DNA from: Bilophila wadsworthia ATCC 49260
GTDB lineage: Bacteria; Desulfobacterota; Desulfovibrionia; Desulfovibrionales; Desulfovibrionaceae
Assembly: GCF_000701705.1 (NCBI RefSeq)
Contig: NZ_JNJP01000007.1
Span: 35,332-67,331 of the forward strand
Length of the DNA: 32,000 nt
Reading direction: 5' to 3'
Below, piece after piece: positions 1-8,702 of this stretch (the stretch's first letter is position 1; the number at the start of each line of letters is the position of its first letter). Under the pieces are notes generated by a model. It saw only the letters and a list, made by a program, of their open reading frames with translations. It did not search any database and had not been told where the DNA came from. The translations under genes and the position numbers were made by a program.

Positions 1-1747
1 GATTTTCCGAAGCGACCAGCAGGTCGATGACCGTGTCATGGACAGCATGGATCTGGAACGGGAACGCGGCATCACCATCTCCGCCAAGAACTGTGCCGTG
101 AGCTGGAACGGCGTGAAAATCAACATCATCGACACCCCCGGCCACGCCGACTTCGGCGGTGAGGTCGAGCGCGCCCTGTCCATGGCCGACGGCGCCATCC
201 TGCTGGTCGACGCGGCGGAAGGCCCCCTGCCCCAGACCCGTTTCGTGCTCCGCAAGGCGCTGGAACGCGGCCTCAAGATCATCGTGGTCGTCAACAAGAT
301 CGACCGCAAGGACGCCCGCGCGCAGGAAGTGCTGAACGAAGTCTACGACCTGTTCATCGATCTCGACGCCACGGAAGAACAGCTTGAATTCCCGGTGCTC
401 TACGCCATCGGCCGCGACGCCGTGGCCATGCGCGAACTGGACGCCCCCCGCGTGGACCTCTCCCCCCTCTTCGAAACCATCCTTGAAGTGGTCCCCGGCC
501 CGTCCTACGATCCCGAGGAACCTTTCCAGATGCTGGTTTCGGACCTCGACTACTCCGAATACCTCGGCCGCCTCGCCGTGGGCCGCAGCCTGCACGGCAC
601 GGTGCGCTCCAACGAGGCGATGGTCTGCGTCAATGAAGCGGGCGTCCCCGTGCCCCTGCGCGTGACCCGCCTGCAAGCCTACGAGGGCCTGCGCCTCGTC
701 GACATCACGGAAGCCATGCCCGGCGACATCGTCATCATCGCGGGCATGGACGACGTGGCCATCGGCGACACCATCTGCACCAAGGAAAACATCCGCGTGC
801 TCCCGCGCCTCCGTGTTGACGAGCCCACCGTAGCCATGCGCTTTACCATCAATACCTCGCCTCTCGCCGGGCGCGAAGGCAAGAACGTCCAGTCCCGCAA
901 GATCCGCGACCGCCTGCTCAAGGAAGCCCTCATCAACGTGGCCATCAAGATTGAGGAGCCCGACGAGAAGGACAGCTTCATCGTCAAGGGCCGCGGCGAG
1001 TTCCAGATGGCCATCCTCATCGAAACCATGCGCCGCGAAGACTTTGAACTCTGCGTGGGCCGCCCCGAAGTCATCTTCAAGCGGGACGAGAACGGGCAGC
1101 TCCTTGAGCCCATCGAGCAGCTTTACGTCGATTGCGACGAAAACTTCATGGGCGTCGTGACCGACAAGATCGCGCAGCGCAAGGGCCGCATGGTCAACTG
1201 CGTGAACAACGGCACGGGCCGCGTCCGTCTGGAATTCTCGGTTCCGTCCCGCGGGCTCATCGGCTACCGCGACGAGTTCCTCACCGACACCAAGGGCACG
1301 GGCATCATGAACTCCCTGCTCGAGGGCTACGAGCCCCATCGCGGCGATTTCCCGAGCCGTTTCACGGGCTCCATCGTGTCCGACCGCGCCGGGAATGCCG
1401 TCGCCTACGCGCTCTTCAACCTTGAGCCGCGCGGCCAGCTTTTCGTGGTGCCGGGCGATCCCGTCTACGAAGGCATGATCGTCGGCGAGCACAACCGCGA
1501 CAACGACATCGACGTGAACCCCACCAAGGAAAAGAAGCTCACCAACATGCGCGCATCCGGCAAGGACGAAGCCGTTGTCCTGACGCCCGTCCGCCCCATG
1601 ACGCTGGAGCACGCCCTGCATTTCGTCCGTGAAGACGAGCTGGTCGAAGTGACCCCCCACTCCATCCGTCTGCGCAAAGCCGAGCTGAATGCGCTCAAGC
1701 GCTACCAGTCCGCCGGCAAGAAAAAGATCGCCAGCCCTGGGAAATAA
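1..1747 (+). CDS. typA: Translational GTPase TypA/BipA (5' end outside window)
   Basis: Frame is open from nt 2 ([26 protein letters not shown]...). G-domain motifs [14 protein letters not shown] and NKIDR are present, and EF-G-like domains continue to the C-terminus. TAA stop at 1745-1747. Confidence 0.93.
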   Translation, partial: IFRSDQQVDDRVMDSMDLERERGITISAKNCAVSWNGVKINIIDTPGHADFGGEVERALSMADGAILLVDAAEGPLPQTRFVLRKALERGLKIIVVVNKIDRKDARAQEVLNEVYDLFIDLDATEEQLEFPVLYAIGRDAVAMRELDAPRVDLSPLFETILEVVPGPSYDPEEPFQMLVSDLDYSEYLGRLAVGRSLHGTVRSNEAMVCVNEAGVPVPLRVTRLQAYEGLRLVDITEAMPGDIVIIAGMDDVAIGDTICTKENIRVLPRLRVDEPTVAMRFTINTSPLAGREGKNVQSRKIRDRLLKEALINVAIKIEEPDEKDSFIVKGRGEFQMAILIETMRREDFELCVGRPEVIFKRDENGQLLEPIEQLYVDCDENFMGVVTDKIAQRKGRMVNCVNNGTGRVRLEFSVPSRGLIGYRDEFLTDTKGTGIMNSLLEGYEPHRGDFPSRFTGSIVSDRAGNAVAYALFNLEPRGQLFVVPGDPVYEGMIVGEHNRDNDIDVNPTKEKKLTNMRASGKDEAVVLTPVRPMTLEHALHFVREDELVEVTPHSIRLRKAELNALKRYQSAGKKKIASPGK

Positions 1748-1758
1748 AGTTTAAGATT

Positions 1759-1832
1759 GGAGAGGGGGAAGGGGAACCTTTCAGGAGAAAGGTTCCCCTT
1801 CCCCCTCTCCAAACCTCTCCCCCTTCCTCTCC
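1759..1832 (+). repeat. Copy A of a 2-copy intergenic element: perfect 23-bp hairpin plus mirror-repeat polypyrimidine tail
   Basis: 1759-1781 ggagagggggaaggggaaccttt pairs perfectly with 1788-1810 aaaggttccccttccccctctcc (loop caggag). A 3-nt linker aaa follows, then tail 1814-1832 cctctcccccttcctctcc. A related copy lies at 8703-8775. The element starts 12 nt after the typA stop. Confidence 0.8.
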
Positions 1833-1886
1833 AAAGACTTTCGCGTTTATCGAATCCCTGTTCAAATGTGTTGCCGTAACAGGCAA

Positions 1887-1930
1887 GAAAGCCCGTGCTG
1901 GTCTGTTCCGCACGGGCTTTCTCATTCTCG
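1887..1930 (+). terminator. Rho-independent terminator after typA (may act in both directions)
   Basis: Perfect 12-bp stem gaaagcccgtgc (1887-1898) / gcacgggctttc (1910-1921) with an 11-nt loop, followed by T-rich tcattctcg. Confidence 0.7.
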
Positions 1931-2010
1931 TAAGTGGATGATCTGCGTAGTTGATGGGAGAAGACGGACGGGGCCTCTTGCGGGGAAGAGTAAAGGCTCT
2001 TCCCGGCCCG

Positions 2011-2982
2011 CTACAGCAGTACGAGGACGCCGCTGTTGGCGATGGCGACGACCAGAAGCAGGAGGGAGAAGATCATGCCGATCTTATGGCGCATCGGCGT
2101 CGCGCTCCGGGCGATGACGGTCCAGATGATGGAGGGGATGAGCAGCGCCGCAAACAACGCTGTGACGAACAGGAGCGCCCCCTGATTTTCAAGCGTCAGC
2201 AGATCCTGCGTTTGCAACATGAAGCACAGCACGCCCGCCATGATCAGAGAGAACCAGCCGCCCCACGCGGCCCACTCGCCGCACCAGTTGGCCGCGAAGA
2301 CGTAGTAGTCGCGCCCGAAATCGTCGATCTTCCGCCGGACGAGAAGCCAGAACAGCCCCAGAGCCCCTGCAGAGGCGACCTCAAGGAAGTGGATCAGCCC
2401 AAAGTACAGCCAGAAAGGATCACTGGCGGAAGGCAACAGGAGATCGATCAGCGTCTGAAGATCGTTCTCTTGCGGCAGCTCCGTGCCCTGCAAGGCCACG
2501 CGGCCCAGAATAAGCCCGATGATGGGGAGGCAGGCAAGGCTGCTTCCGGTCAGGAACGCGAGGAAACCGTGCAGCACGGGCCAGCCGCGCAGCGGCTTCC
2601 ACGCCGCCACCACGACGGTCCAGAGGATGGTGCCGCCAAGCAGAAGGCCCGCCGAAAGGTACAGGCCCGCCTGATACAGCGGGGGGAACGTCTCGTAGGG
2701 GACGACCTTGGACAGCCCGAGGCCCACGAAGCACACAAGGAAAAGCCAGTTCAGAAAATTGGCGAACCGCGCCTGCTGGCGGGAACAGCGCTCCAGCAGG
2801 CTCCTCCTGCCGAAATGGGCGCGGATCAGTCCGTAGAGCACCACAAAAGGCAAAACGACAGCCGCGAGATATAAGCATACCGGCACGGCGAACAGCACAA
2901 GCTGGCCCCATGCTTCGATGAGGCCCGGCGGCAAGGCGGGCAACAGTTCGGACAAACGCTCCAGTACAGACATCGATTCCAT
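2011..2982 (-). CDS. Polytopic integral membrane protein, unknown function (323 aa)
   Basis: ATG at 2982 is preceded by gaggaa. About 9-10 hydrophobic segments and a Trp-rich stretch NWCGEWAAWGGWF. TAG stop. I recognise no family. Confidence 0.7.
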   Translation of the reverse strand: MESMSVLERLSELLPALPPGLIEAWGQLVLFAVPVCLYLAAVVLPFVVLYGLIRAHFGRRSLLERCSRQQARFANFLNWLFLVCFVGLGLSKVVPYETFPPLYQAGLYLSAGLLLGGTILWTVVVAAWKPLRGWPVLHGFLAFLTGSSLACLPIIGLILGRVALQGTELPQENDLQTLIDLLLPSASDPFWLYFGLIHFLEVASAGALGLFWLLVRRKIDDFGRDYYVFAANWCGEWAAWGGWFSLIMAGVLCFMLQTQDLLTLENQGALLFVTALFAALLIPSIIWTVIARSATPMRHKIGMIFSLLLLVVAIANSGVLVLL

Positions 2983-3396
2983 GCCATTTCCTCATTACAG
3001 GGCAGAAAGTGAAGCGCCCTCCGCCGCATCCCGCTGGCAAACGGAACGCCCGTCGGAGGCACGCGCAACGATTCAGGCATCAACATGGGGTCACCAATAC
3101 CAAAAGTAAACCCTGTTCGTACACTTTTTTTACGCATCTAAGGGCGTATTCCGGAAATAGTCATTCGAAACCGGAAGCTAGCCCATGCAAAAAGGCTTCC
3201 ATTTTCCGAAAAAATCTTGAATCCCCTAGCAGAGCGATTGCTAACGGCCCTGATTTAGGCGATACTGTCAGACCCGCAGGAGCTCTCCGCATCTGCAAGC
3301 TGGGAACGGAGCAGGAGAAAATCCATACCGGGCCAGTCGCCCGGCGACGGGCAGCGCGCCGCTCCGAAGCCTACAAATCATGCATGAGGTACAACG

Positions 3397-4812
3397 GTGG
3401 AGAAAACAGAACATAAAGTCCTCGTAGCCAACCGAGGAGAAATCGCCGTGCGCATCGTTCAGGCCTGCCGTAAACTGGGCCTGGAATTCGTTTGCGTGCA
3501 TACGGCCGAGGACATCCATTCCGGTCACGTACGCATCGCCAAAGAACTTGGTGGGGAAAAATCCCTCTATCAGGTGTCCTCCTATCACGACGCCAACGAA
3601 ATCCTGTCCGTCGCCGACGACGCCGGCGCCACGGCCATTCACCCCGGCTACGGCTTCTTCGCGGAAGACTTCCGCTTCGCCCGCCGGGTCACTACCAGAG
3701 AACGCAAGCTGATCTTCATCGGCCCCTCATGGCGGGTCATCCGGGAGCTCGGCGATAAAATCAATACCAAACGCCTTGCCCGCAGCCTCGGCGTGCCCAC
3801 GGTTCCCGGTTCCGACCGCCCCATTTACGACGAAATGGAAGCCGAAAAAATCGCCAGGAGCCTTTACGACTTCCAGCTCCAGCAGGGCATCACCCGCCCG
3901 CTGGTCCTCGTCAAGGCTTCCGCGGGCGGCGGCGGCATGGGCATTGAGGAAGTGTACGACATCGATCAGTTCCGCTCCGTGTACCGGCGTATCCGCAACT
4001 ACGCGCTCCGCCAGTTCAAGGACGAAGGCGTACTCATCGAACAGCGCATCTGCGGCTTCAACCACCTTGAAGTGCAGATCGTCTCCGACCGGAGCGGCAA
4101 AAACCCGGTCCACTTCGGCACCCGCAATTGCTCGATCCAGTCCACCGGCCTCCAGAAGCGTATCGAAGTCGCGCCCGGTTTCGACTCCTCGTCCATCGAA
4201 TACGATTTCGACGCGGACAAGCTGCTGGAAGACATCACCCGCCACTCCCTCGCGCTGGCCCGCAAGGTCGGTTACGACAACGTGGGCACGTGGGAATGGA
4301 TCGTCACCAAGGACGGCAGCCCCTTCCTTATGGAAGTGAACACCCGCATTCAGGTGGAAAACGGCGTCTCCGCCCGCATTTCCAAGGTCAAGGGACAGGG
4401 CGACGTCGACATCATCGCCGAGCAGATCCGCATCGGCCTCGGCGAACCCCTCGGCTATACGCAGGAAGACATCACCTTTGAAGGCGTGGGCATCGAATAC
4501 CGCCTCATCGCCGAAGATCCCGACAACCGCTTCACGCCGTGGGTCGGCCGTATCGACGCCTTCGGCTGGCCGAGCCATCCCTGGCTCAAGATGCACACGC
4601 ACGTGCCCACGGACGAGTCGTACGAAATCCCCACGGAATTCGACCCGAACCTCGCGCTTGCCATCATCTGGGGCGAAAACCTCGAACAGGCCAAGGAACG
4701 TGGTATGCAGTTCCTCGACGAGCTGACCCTGCAGGGTGAGAACCAGTCCGGCGAACTGAAGTCCAACGTCAACTTCCTCCGGGCCAATACGGGCCGCATT
4801 CTCCGCTTCTAG
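3397..4812 (+). CDS. accC: Biotin carboxylase subunit of a biotin-dependent (acetyl/acyl-CoA) carboxylase
   Basis: GTG start at 3397 with gaggt 6 nt upstream. N-terminus KVLVANRGEIAVRIV, ATP-grasp core (KASAGGGGMGI, EVNTRIQVE), 471 aa. TAG stop at 4810-4812. Confidence 0.9.
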   Translation: MEKTEHKVLVANRGEIAVRIVQACRKLGLEFVCVHTAEDIHSGHVRIAKELGGEKSLYQVSSYHDANEILSVADDAGATAIHPGYGFFAEDFRFARRVTTRERKLIFIGPSWRVIRELGDKINTKRLARSLGVPTVPGSDRPIYDEMEAEKIARSLYDFQLQQGITRPLVLVKASAGGGGMGIEEVYDIDQFRSVYRRIRNYALRQFKDEGVLIEQRICGFNHLEVQIVSDRSGKNPVHFGTRNCSIQSTGLQKRIEVAPGFDSSSIEYDFDADKLLEDITRHSLALARKVGYDNVGTWEWIVTKDGSPFLMEVNTRIQVENGVSARISKVKGQGDVDIIAEQIRIGLGEPLGYTQEDITFEGVGIEYRLIAEDPDNRFTPWVGRIDAFGWPSHPWLKMHTHVPTDESYEIPTEFDPNLALAIIWGENLEQAKERGMQFLDELTLQGENQSGELKSNVNFLRANTGRILRF

Positions 4813-4830
4813 CGGATTACTGGATACAGC

Positions 4831-7080
4831 ATGGATATCGAAAAAAGAGCACATCATCTGAGCGAACGCCTCAATTATATCCGGGATATCTTTGACGGCA
4901 AGCACCCGGAAGACATCGAGCTGCTGCACAACCGCCTGAACGAATTCTTCCGCCGCGCCACGGAGGGCATCCAGTCCGATCCGGACGCGGAGCTCACCAC
5001 GCTGGAAGAACTGTTCACGTTCATGGAGCGCAAGCTGGAAACGAAGATCCAGCCTATGGACAAGGTGCGCATCGTCCGCCACCCGCAGCGTATCTGCCTG
5101 CGTGACATCCTTGAGAACGTGTACGACAACTTCACGGAAATCGGCGGTCAGGAAGAGCACAGCATCGATCCGAGTATGCTCATCGCCCGCGCCACCATCA
5201 CCCGCCGCCGCGGCAAGAAGACCTACAACCAGCTCATCATGGTCATCGGCCAGGAAAAAGGCCACGGCGAGGAATTCCGCAACGGCGGCTCCGTCAAGCC
5301 GTGGGGCAACTCCAAAGCCCTCCAGTACATGAAGGTCGCGGAAACCGAAGGCATCCCGATCCATACCTATGTCTTCACGCCCGGCTCCTTCCCCATCGAG
5401 GACACGCCCGGCGCGGCGCAGCAGATTGCGAAAAACCTCTATGAAATGGCCGGGCTCACCGTGCCTATGGTCGCCGTGTTCTCCGAAGGCGGTTCCGGCG
5501 GCGCCGAAGCCATTTCGCTGGCGGACCGCCGCCTCATGCTCTCGCACGGCTACTACTCGGTCATTTCCCCCGAAGGCGCTGCGGCCATCGAAGGCCGCCT
5601 GAAGCCCGGCCAGCGCGCCACCCCCGAGCTCATCGAGCGCTGCGCCACCCAGCTGCACATCACCGCCGAGGACAACCTCCAGTTCGGCTATATCGACAGG
5701 GTCATTCAGGAACCCAGCCTCGGCGCGCGCCCGTACCATTACGACTTCTTCCGCACCTTGCGGCAGGAAATCATCCGGGCCACCGACGAGACCGTCCTGT
5801 CCGTGCGCTCGGGCATGTTCCGCGGCGCGCTGCTCCGCCGCATGAGCCGCGACGACATCAACCTCGACGAGATGTATATCCGCTGGCACCTCAGCCAGGG
5901 AGCCCGCGAGCGCCTTGTCCTGCGCCGCCAGAAAAAATTCCTCCGCCTCTCGCGCGGGGCCTACATCGACCGCCGCCCCTTCCTCAACAAGATGCGCAAC
6001 AGTATGCGCGAGTCGTGGGGCAACATCTCCGCCCGCATCAAATATGCGCTCATCACCAAGCATCAGCGCAAATTCGCCTATCTGATGGACGAAATGACGT
6101 CCGAGATGCACCTGCTGAAGCGCCGCCTGACCGCGCCCTTCTGCCGCATCCCGCGAGATCAGCGCCCCTCCATCGAACCGGAAACCGTGCGCAACCTGAC
6201 CACGCTTTCCGACTGGGACGAGGAAAGCGAATCCCGCAAGGGCAAATGGACGTACATCAGCCCCCGCGCCAAGGAAGACCGCGCCATCACCTGCCCGAAT
6301 GCCGGCACGCATGGCTGCCTCGACCTGTGGTCCCCGGATCTGTACGGCGAATTCGCGGGCGTCTGCACGTGGTGCGGCCACCACTTCCCGATGGAATACC
6401 AGTGGTTCGTCAAAAACGTGTTCGACGAGGATTCCGTCCGCGAATTCAACGGCGAAGTGGAAGCCACCAACCCCTTGCAGTTTGAAGGTTTCGACGCCCG
6501 CCTCGCCGAAGCGCGGGAACGTACCAAGCTCAAGAGCGGCTGCATCACCTTCGAAGCCAAGCTGGACGGCACCAAGATGATCGTCGCCCTGTTCGCGGGC
6601 ACTTTCCGCGGCGGCTCCGTCGGTTCCGCCGAAGGCACCAAATTTGTGGAAGCCGCGGAACTGGCCATGAAGAAGCGCTACCCGCTTCTCGCCTATGTGC
6701 ACGGCACGGCGGGCATCCGCATTCAGGAAGGCACACACGGCGTCATCCAGATGCCCCGCTGCACGGTGGCGGTGCGCCGCTACATCAATGCCGGGGGCCT
6801 GTATACGGTCCTGTACGACACCAATTCCTACGCCGGGCCGGTGGCGAGCTTCCTCGGCTGCTCGCCCTACCAGTACGCCATGCGCTCCTCGAACCTCGGG
6901 TTCGCCGGACGCGGCGTCATCAAGGAAACCACGGGCATAGACATCGAGCCCCACTACCACAGCGCATATAAGGCACTGGCGCGGGGGCACATTCAGGGTG
7001 TATGGGATCGCCGTGAGGCGCGCGCCAATCTGAAGCAGGTCCTGCTGACGATGGGCGGCCGCAACCTTTACTACCGTTAA
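4831..7080 (+). CDS. Fused carboxyltransferase: AccA-like N-terminal half plus AccD-like C-terminal half (749 aa)
   Basis: The N-half carries AccA motifs (RIVRHPQRICLRD, FTPGSFPIEDTPGAAQQIAKNL, EGGSGGAEAI, YSVISPEGAAAI). A Cys-rich ribbon is encoded at 6292-6375. The C-half is AccD-like (FRGGSVGSAEG, GIRIQEG, GFAGRGVI). The ATG is 18 nt after the accC stop and has no clear SD. Confidence 0.88.
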   Translation: MDIEKRAHHLSERLNYIRDIFDGKHPEDIELLHNRLNEFFRRATEGIQSDPDAELTTLEELFTFMERKLETKIQPMDKVRIVRHPQRICLRDILENVYDNFTEIGGQEEHSIDPSMLIARATITRRRGKKTYNQLIMVIGQEKGHGEEFRNGGSVKPWGNSKALQYMKVAETEGIPIHTYVFTPGSFPIEDTPGAAQQIAKNLYEMAGLTVPMVAVFSEGGSGGAEAISLADRRLMLSHGYYSVISPEGAAAIEGRLKPGQRATPELIERCATQLHITAEDNLQFGYIDRVIQEPSLGARPYHYDFFRTLRQEIIRATDETVLSVRSGMFRGALLRRMSRDDINLDEMYIRWHLSQGARERLVLRRQKKFLRLSRGAYIDRRPFLNKMRNSMRESWGNISARIKYALITKHQRKFAYLMDEMTSEMHLLKRRLTAPFCRIPRDQRPSIEPETVRNLTTLSDWDEESESRKGKWTYISPRAKEDRAITCPNAGTHGCLDLWSPDLYGEFAGVCTWCGHHFPMEYQWFVKNVFDEDSVREFNGEVEATNPLQFEGFDARLAEARERTKLKSGCITFEAKLDGTKMIVALFAGTFRGGSVGSAEGTKFVEAAELAMKKRYPLLAYVHGTAGIRIQEGTHGVIQMPRCTVAVRRYINAGGLYTVLYDTNSYAGPVASFLGCSPYQYAMRSSNLGFAGRGVIKETTGIDIEPHYHSAYKALARGHIQGVWDRREARANLKQVLLTMGGRNLYYR

Positions 7081-7152
7081 CCGCCGTGGGGCTTCGGGGC
7101 CGGGGATTCCCGGTCCCCCGCCTTTCCCCTTTGCAAGAAGAGAGTCAACAGC

Positions 7153-7803
7153 ATGTTAGATGTCACAAGCCTTCTCGAAGAAATCAAGGCTTCCCCTTTT
7201 GAGGAACAGGAAATCGTCGCTCCGCATACCGGTGTGGTGACCTTCGGTTCGCTCAAACTGGGAGACAAGGTCATCGGCCCGAACGGCACATGGAAGGAAC
7301 GGCCCGGAACGCTCATCGCCACCATCACGCGCGAACGCAACCCAAAGCCGCTCAACGCGGTCCAGAAGGGCGAAGTCTGCGCCATCCATAGCGAACTGGA
7401 AGGGACATACGTGCAGGCGGGCACCCCGCTCGCCACCATCCGCCACTTCCTGTCCAAGGACGAGGTGCTGCGCATCCTGCTCAAGCAGGCGCTCAACCTT
7501 TTTGTGGCTCCCGAGCGGGCCAAGTATTATTTCGTCCCCCAGATCGACACCAAGATCAAGGTGTCGGGCTGCCGTTCCGTCTCCGTCTACGAAGGCATGG
7601 AACTCTTCATCGTTTCCCGGATGAAGCGGGAAATGCCGCTGTACTACACCGGCCCGGACGGGCTCATCTATACGGTATATTTCGAGCACAATGAAAACGT
7701 GGATGCGGGAAGCCCGCTGATCGGCGTCTGCCCCCCGGATCAGCTCCAGCAGATCGAAGAAGTCGTGCTGAAAGTCCAGACCGAATGGCAGGAGCAGGAA
7801 TAA
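7153..7803 (+). CDS. Biotin carboxyl carrier-like protein with two tandem biotinyl/lipoyl-type domains
   Basis: Domain 1 (about aa 20-98) has the hybrid-barrel pattern but no Met-Lys hook (ITRERNPKP). Domain 2 (about aa 140-200) has LFIVSRMKREM, with Lys158 (codon 7624-7626) at the canonical EAMKM position. Confidence 0.65.
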   Translation: MLDVTSLLEEIKASPFEEQEIVAPHTGVVTFGSLKLGDKVIGPNGTWKERPGTLIATITRERNPKPLNAVQKGEVCAIHSELEGTYVQAGTPLATIRHFLSKDEVLRILLKQALNLFVAPERAKYYFVPQIDTKIKVSGCRSVSVYEGMELFIVSRMKREMPLYYTGPDGLIYTVYFEHNENVDAGSPLIGVCPPDQLQQIEEVVLKVQTEWQEQE

Positions 7804-7804
7804 C

Positions 7805-8149
7805 ATGGGCAAACTCCTCCAGATCCGCGTCAGCGCATGGACGTACCGCGAAGAGGACGTCGTCCGGGCATGGCCCGCTCTGACGGCCTTGGCATGGCCC
7901 CGCCCCCAGTACCCGGACGAGAAACGCGGCGTGCTGGAACTGGTGACGGCGCTGGAAAACGGCCTTTCGTTCGAAGACTGGCCCCAAGCCGTCGCCGAGG
8001 GCCTTCGGGAAGGCATCGGGCGCGCCGCCGCCGTCAAAAAGGATCTGGAGGAAGCGCTTTTCCAGTGGGAACCGCGCAAGGCCAACGAGCTGAGCGAAAC
8101 GCTGGAAGAGGAACTTGCCACATTGAACGAACGGGCGCCCAAGCCCTAG
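7805..8149 (+). CDS. Hypothetical 114-aa acidic protein, translationally coupled to the BCCP-like gene
   Basis: ATG at 7805 lies 1 nt after the TAA at 7801-7803 (taacATG). Coding-like codon usage. No family recognised. TAG stop. Confidence 0.55.
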   Translation: MGKLLQIRVSAWTYREEDVVRAWPALTALAWPRPQYPDEKRGVLELVTALENGLSFEDWPQAVAEGLREGIGRAAAVKKDLEEALFQWEPRKANELSETLEEELATLNERAPKP

Positions 8150-8172
8150 AGGGCGTCCTGCAAGGAGTTACT

Positions 8173-8694
8173 ATGCTGAACAAGGTTATGATCATCGGCA
8201 GGCTCGGCCGCGATCCCGAACTGCGCTATTCCCAGAGCGGCAGCCCCGTCTGCACGCTCAACATCGCCACGGACGAATCCTACACGGACCGCGACGGCAA
8301 CCGTGTGGACCGTGCCGAGTGGCACCGCGTCGTGGTGTTCCAGAAAGCGGCGGAGAACTGCTCCCAGTACCTGACCAAGGGCAGCCTCGTGTTTGTGGAA
8401 GGCAGCCTGCAAACCCGCAAATGGCAGGATCAGCAGGGGCAGGACCGCTACACCACCGAAATCAAGGCCCAGCGCGTCCAGTTCCTCGACAAGCGCGGCG
8501 GCGAACAGGGCGGCATGCCCAGCGGCGCGGGCGGCAGCGAAGGCGGCTACAGCGCTCCCCGCCGTCCTGCGGCGGCTCAGCAGGGAGGCGGCAGCCGTCC
8601 CCAGCAGCGCCCGCAGCAGCGGCAGGACGATTACGAAGATCTGGGCCCGGCGTTTCCTTCCGAGGCCAGCGGCATGGACGACGTGCCGTTCTAG
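8173..8694 (+). CDS. ssb: Single-stranded DNA-binding protein
   Basis: ATG at 8173 preceded by aaggag. OB-fold N-terminus MLNKVMIIGRLGRDPELRY...WHRVVVF, Gly/Gln/Pro-rich linker and acidic tip MDDVPF. The ORF-track start at 7837 is an artefactual extension. TAG stop. Confidence 0.93.
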   Translation: MLNKVMIIGRLGRDPELRYSQSGSPVCTLNIATDESYTDRDGNRVDRAEWHRVVVFQKAAENCSQYLTKGSLVFVEGSLQTRKWQDQQGQDRYTTEIKAQRVQFLDKRGGEQGGMPSGAGGSEGGYSAPRRPAAAQQGGGSRPQQRPQQRQDDYEDLGPAFPSEASGMDDVPF

Positions 8695-8702
8695 AGAAAT
8701 AT

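Noticed and set aside
1951-2874. 307-aa plus-strand ORF overlapping the membrane-protein gene
   Set aside because: This is a shadow ORF with a highly charged, low-complexity translation. The minus-strand frame encodes a coherent multi-TM protein with a good SD.
3727-6990. 1087-aa ORF on the minus strand, the longest ORF in the window
   Set aside because: It is antisense to the well-supported accC and carboxyltransferase genes. The translation is low-complexity and Ala/Gly/Arg/Val-rich, as expected for a stop-free antisense frame in high-GC DNA. It has no recognisable domains and no SD.
7081-7135. Possible third copy of the hairpin plus pyrimidine-tail element between the carboxyltransferase and BCCP genes
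   Set aside because: There is a GC-rich bulged hairpin (cggggccgggga / tcccggtccccg) followed by cctttcccctttgc. However, the arms are not purine/pyrimidine-asymmetric, and the tail does not mirror an arm. It is more likely an ordinary intercistronic stem.
7837-8172. N-terminal 112-codon extension of the ssb ORF in the ORF track
   Set aside because: The extension overlaps the 114-aa ORF in another frame and is Arg/Gly/Pro-rich. SSB homology begins exactly at the ATG at 8173, which has an aaggag SD.
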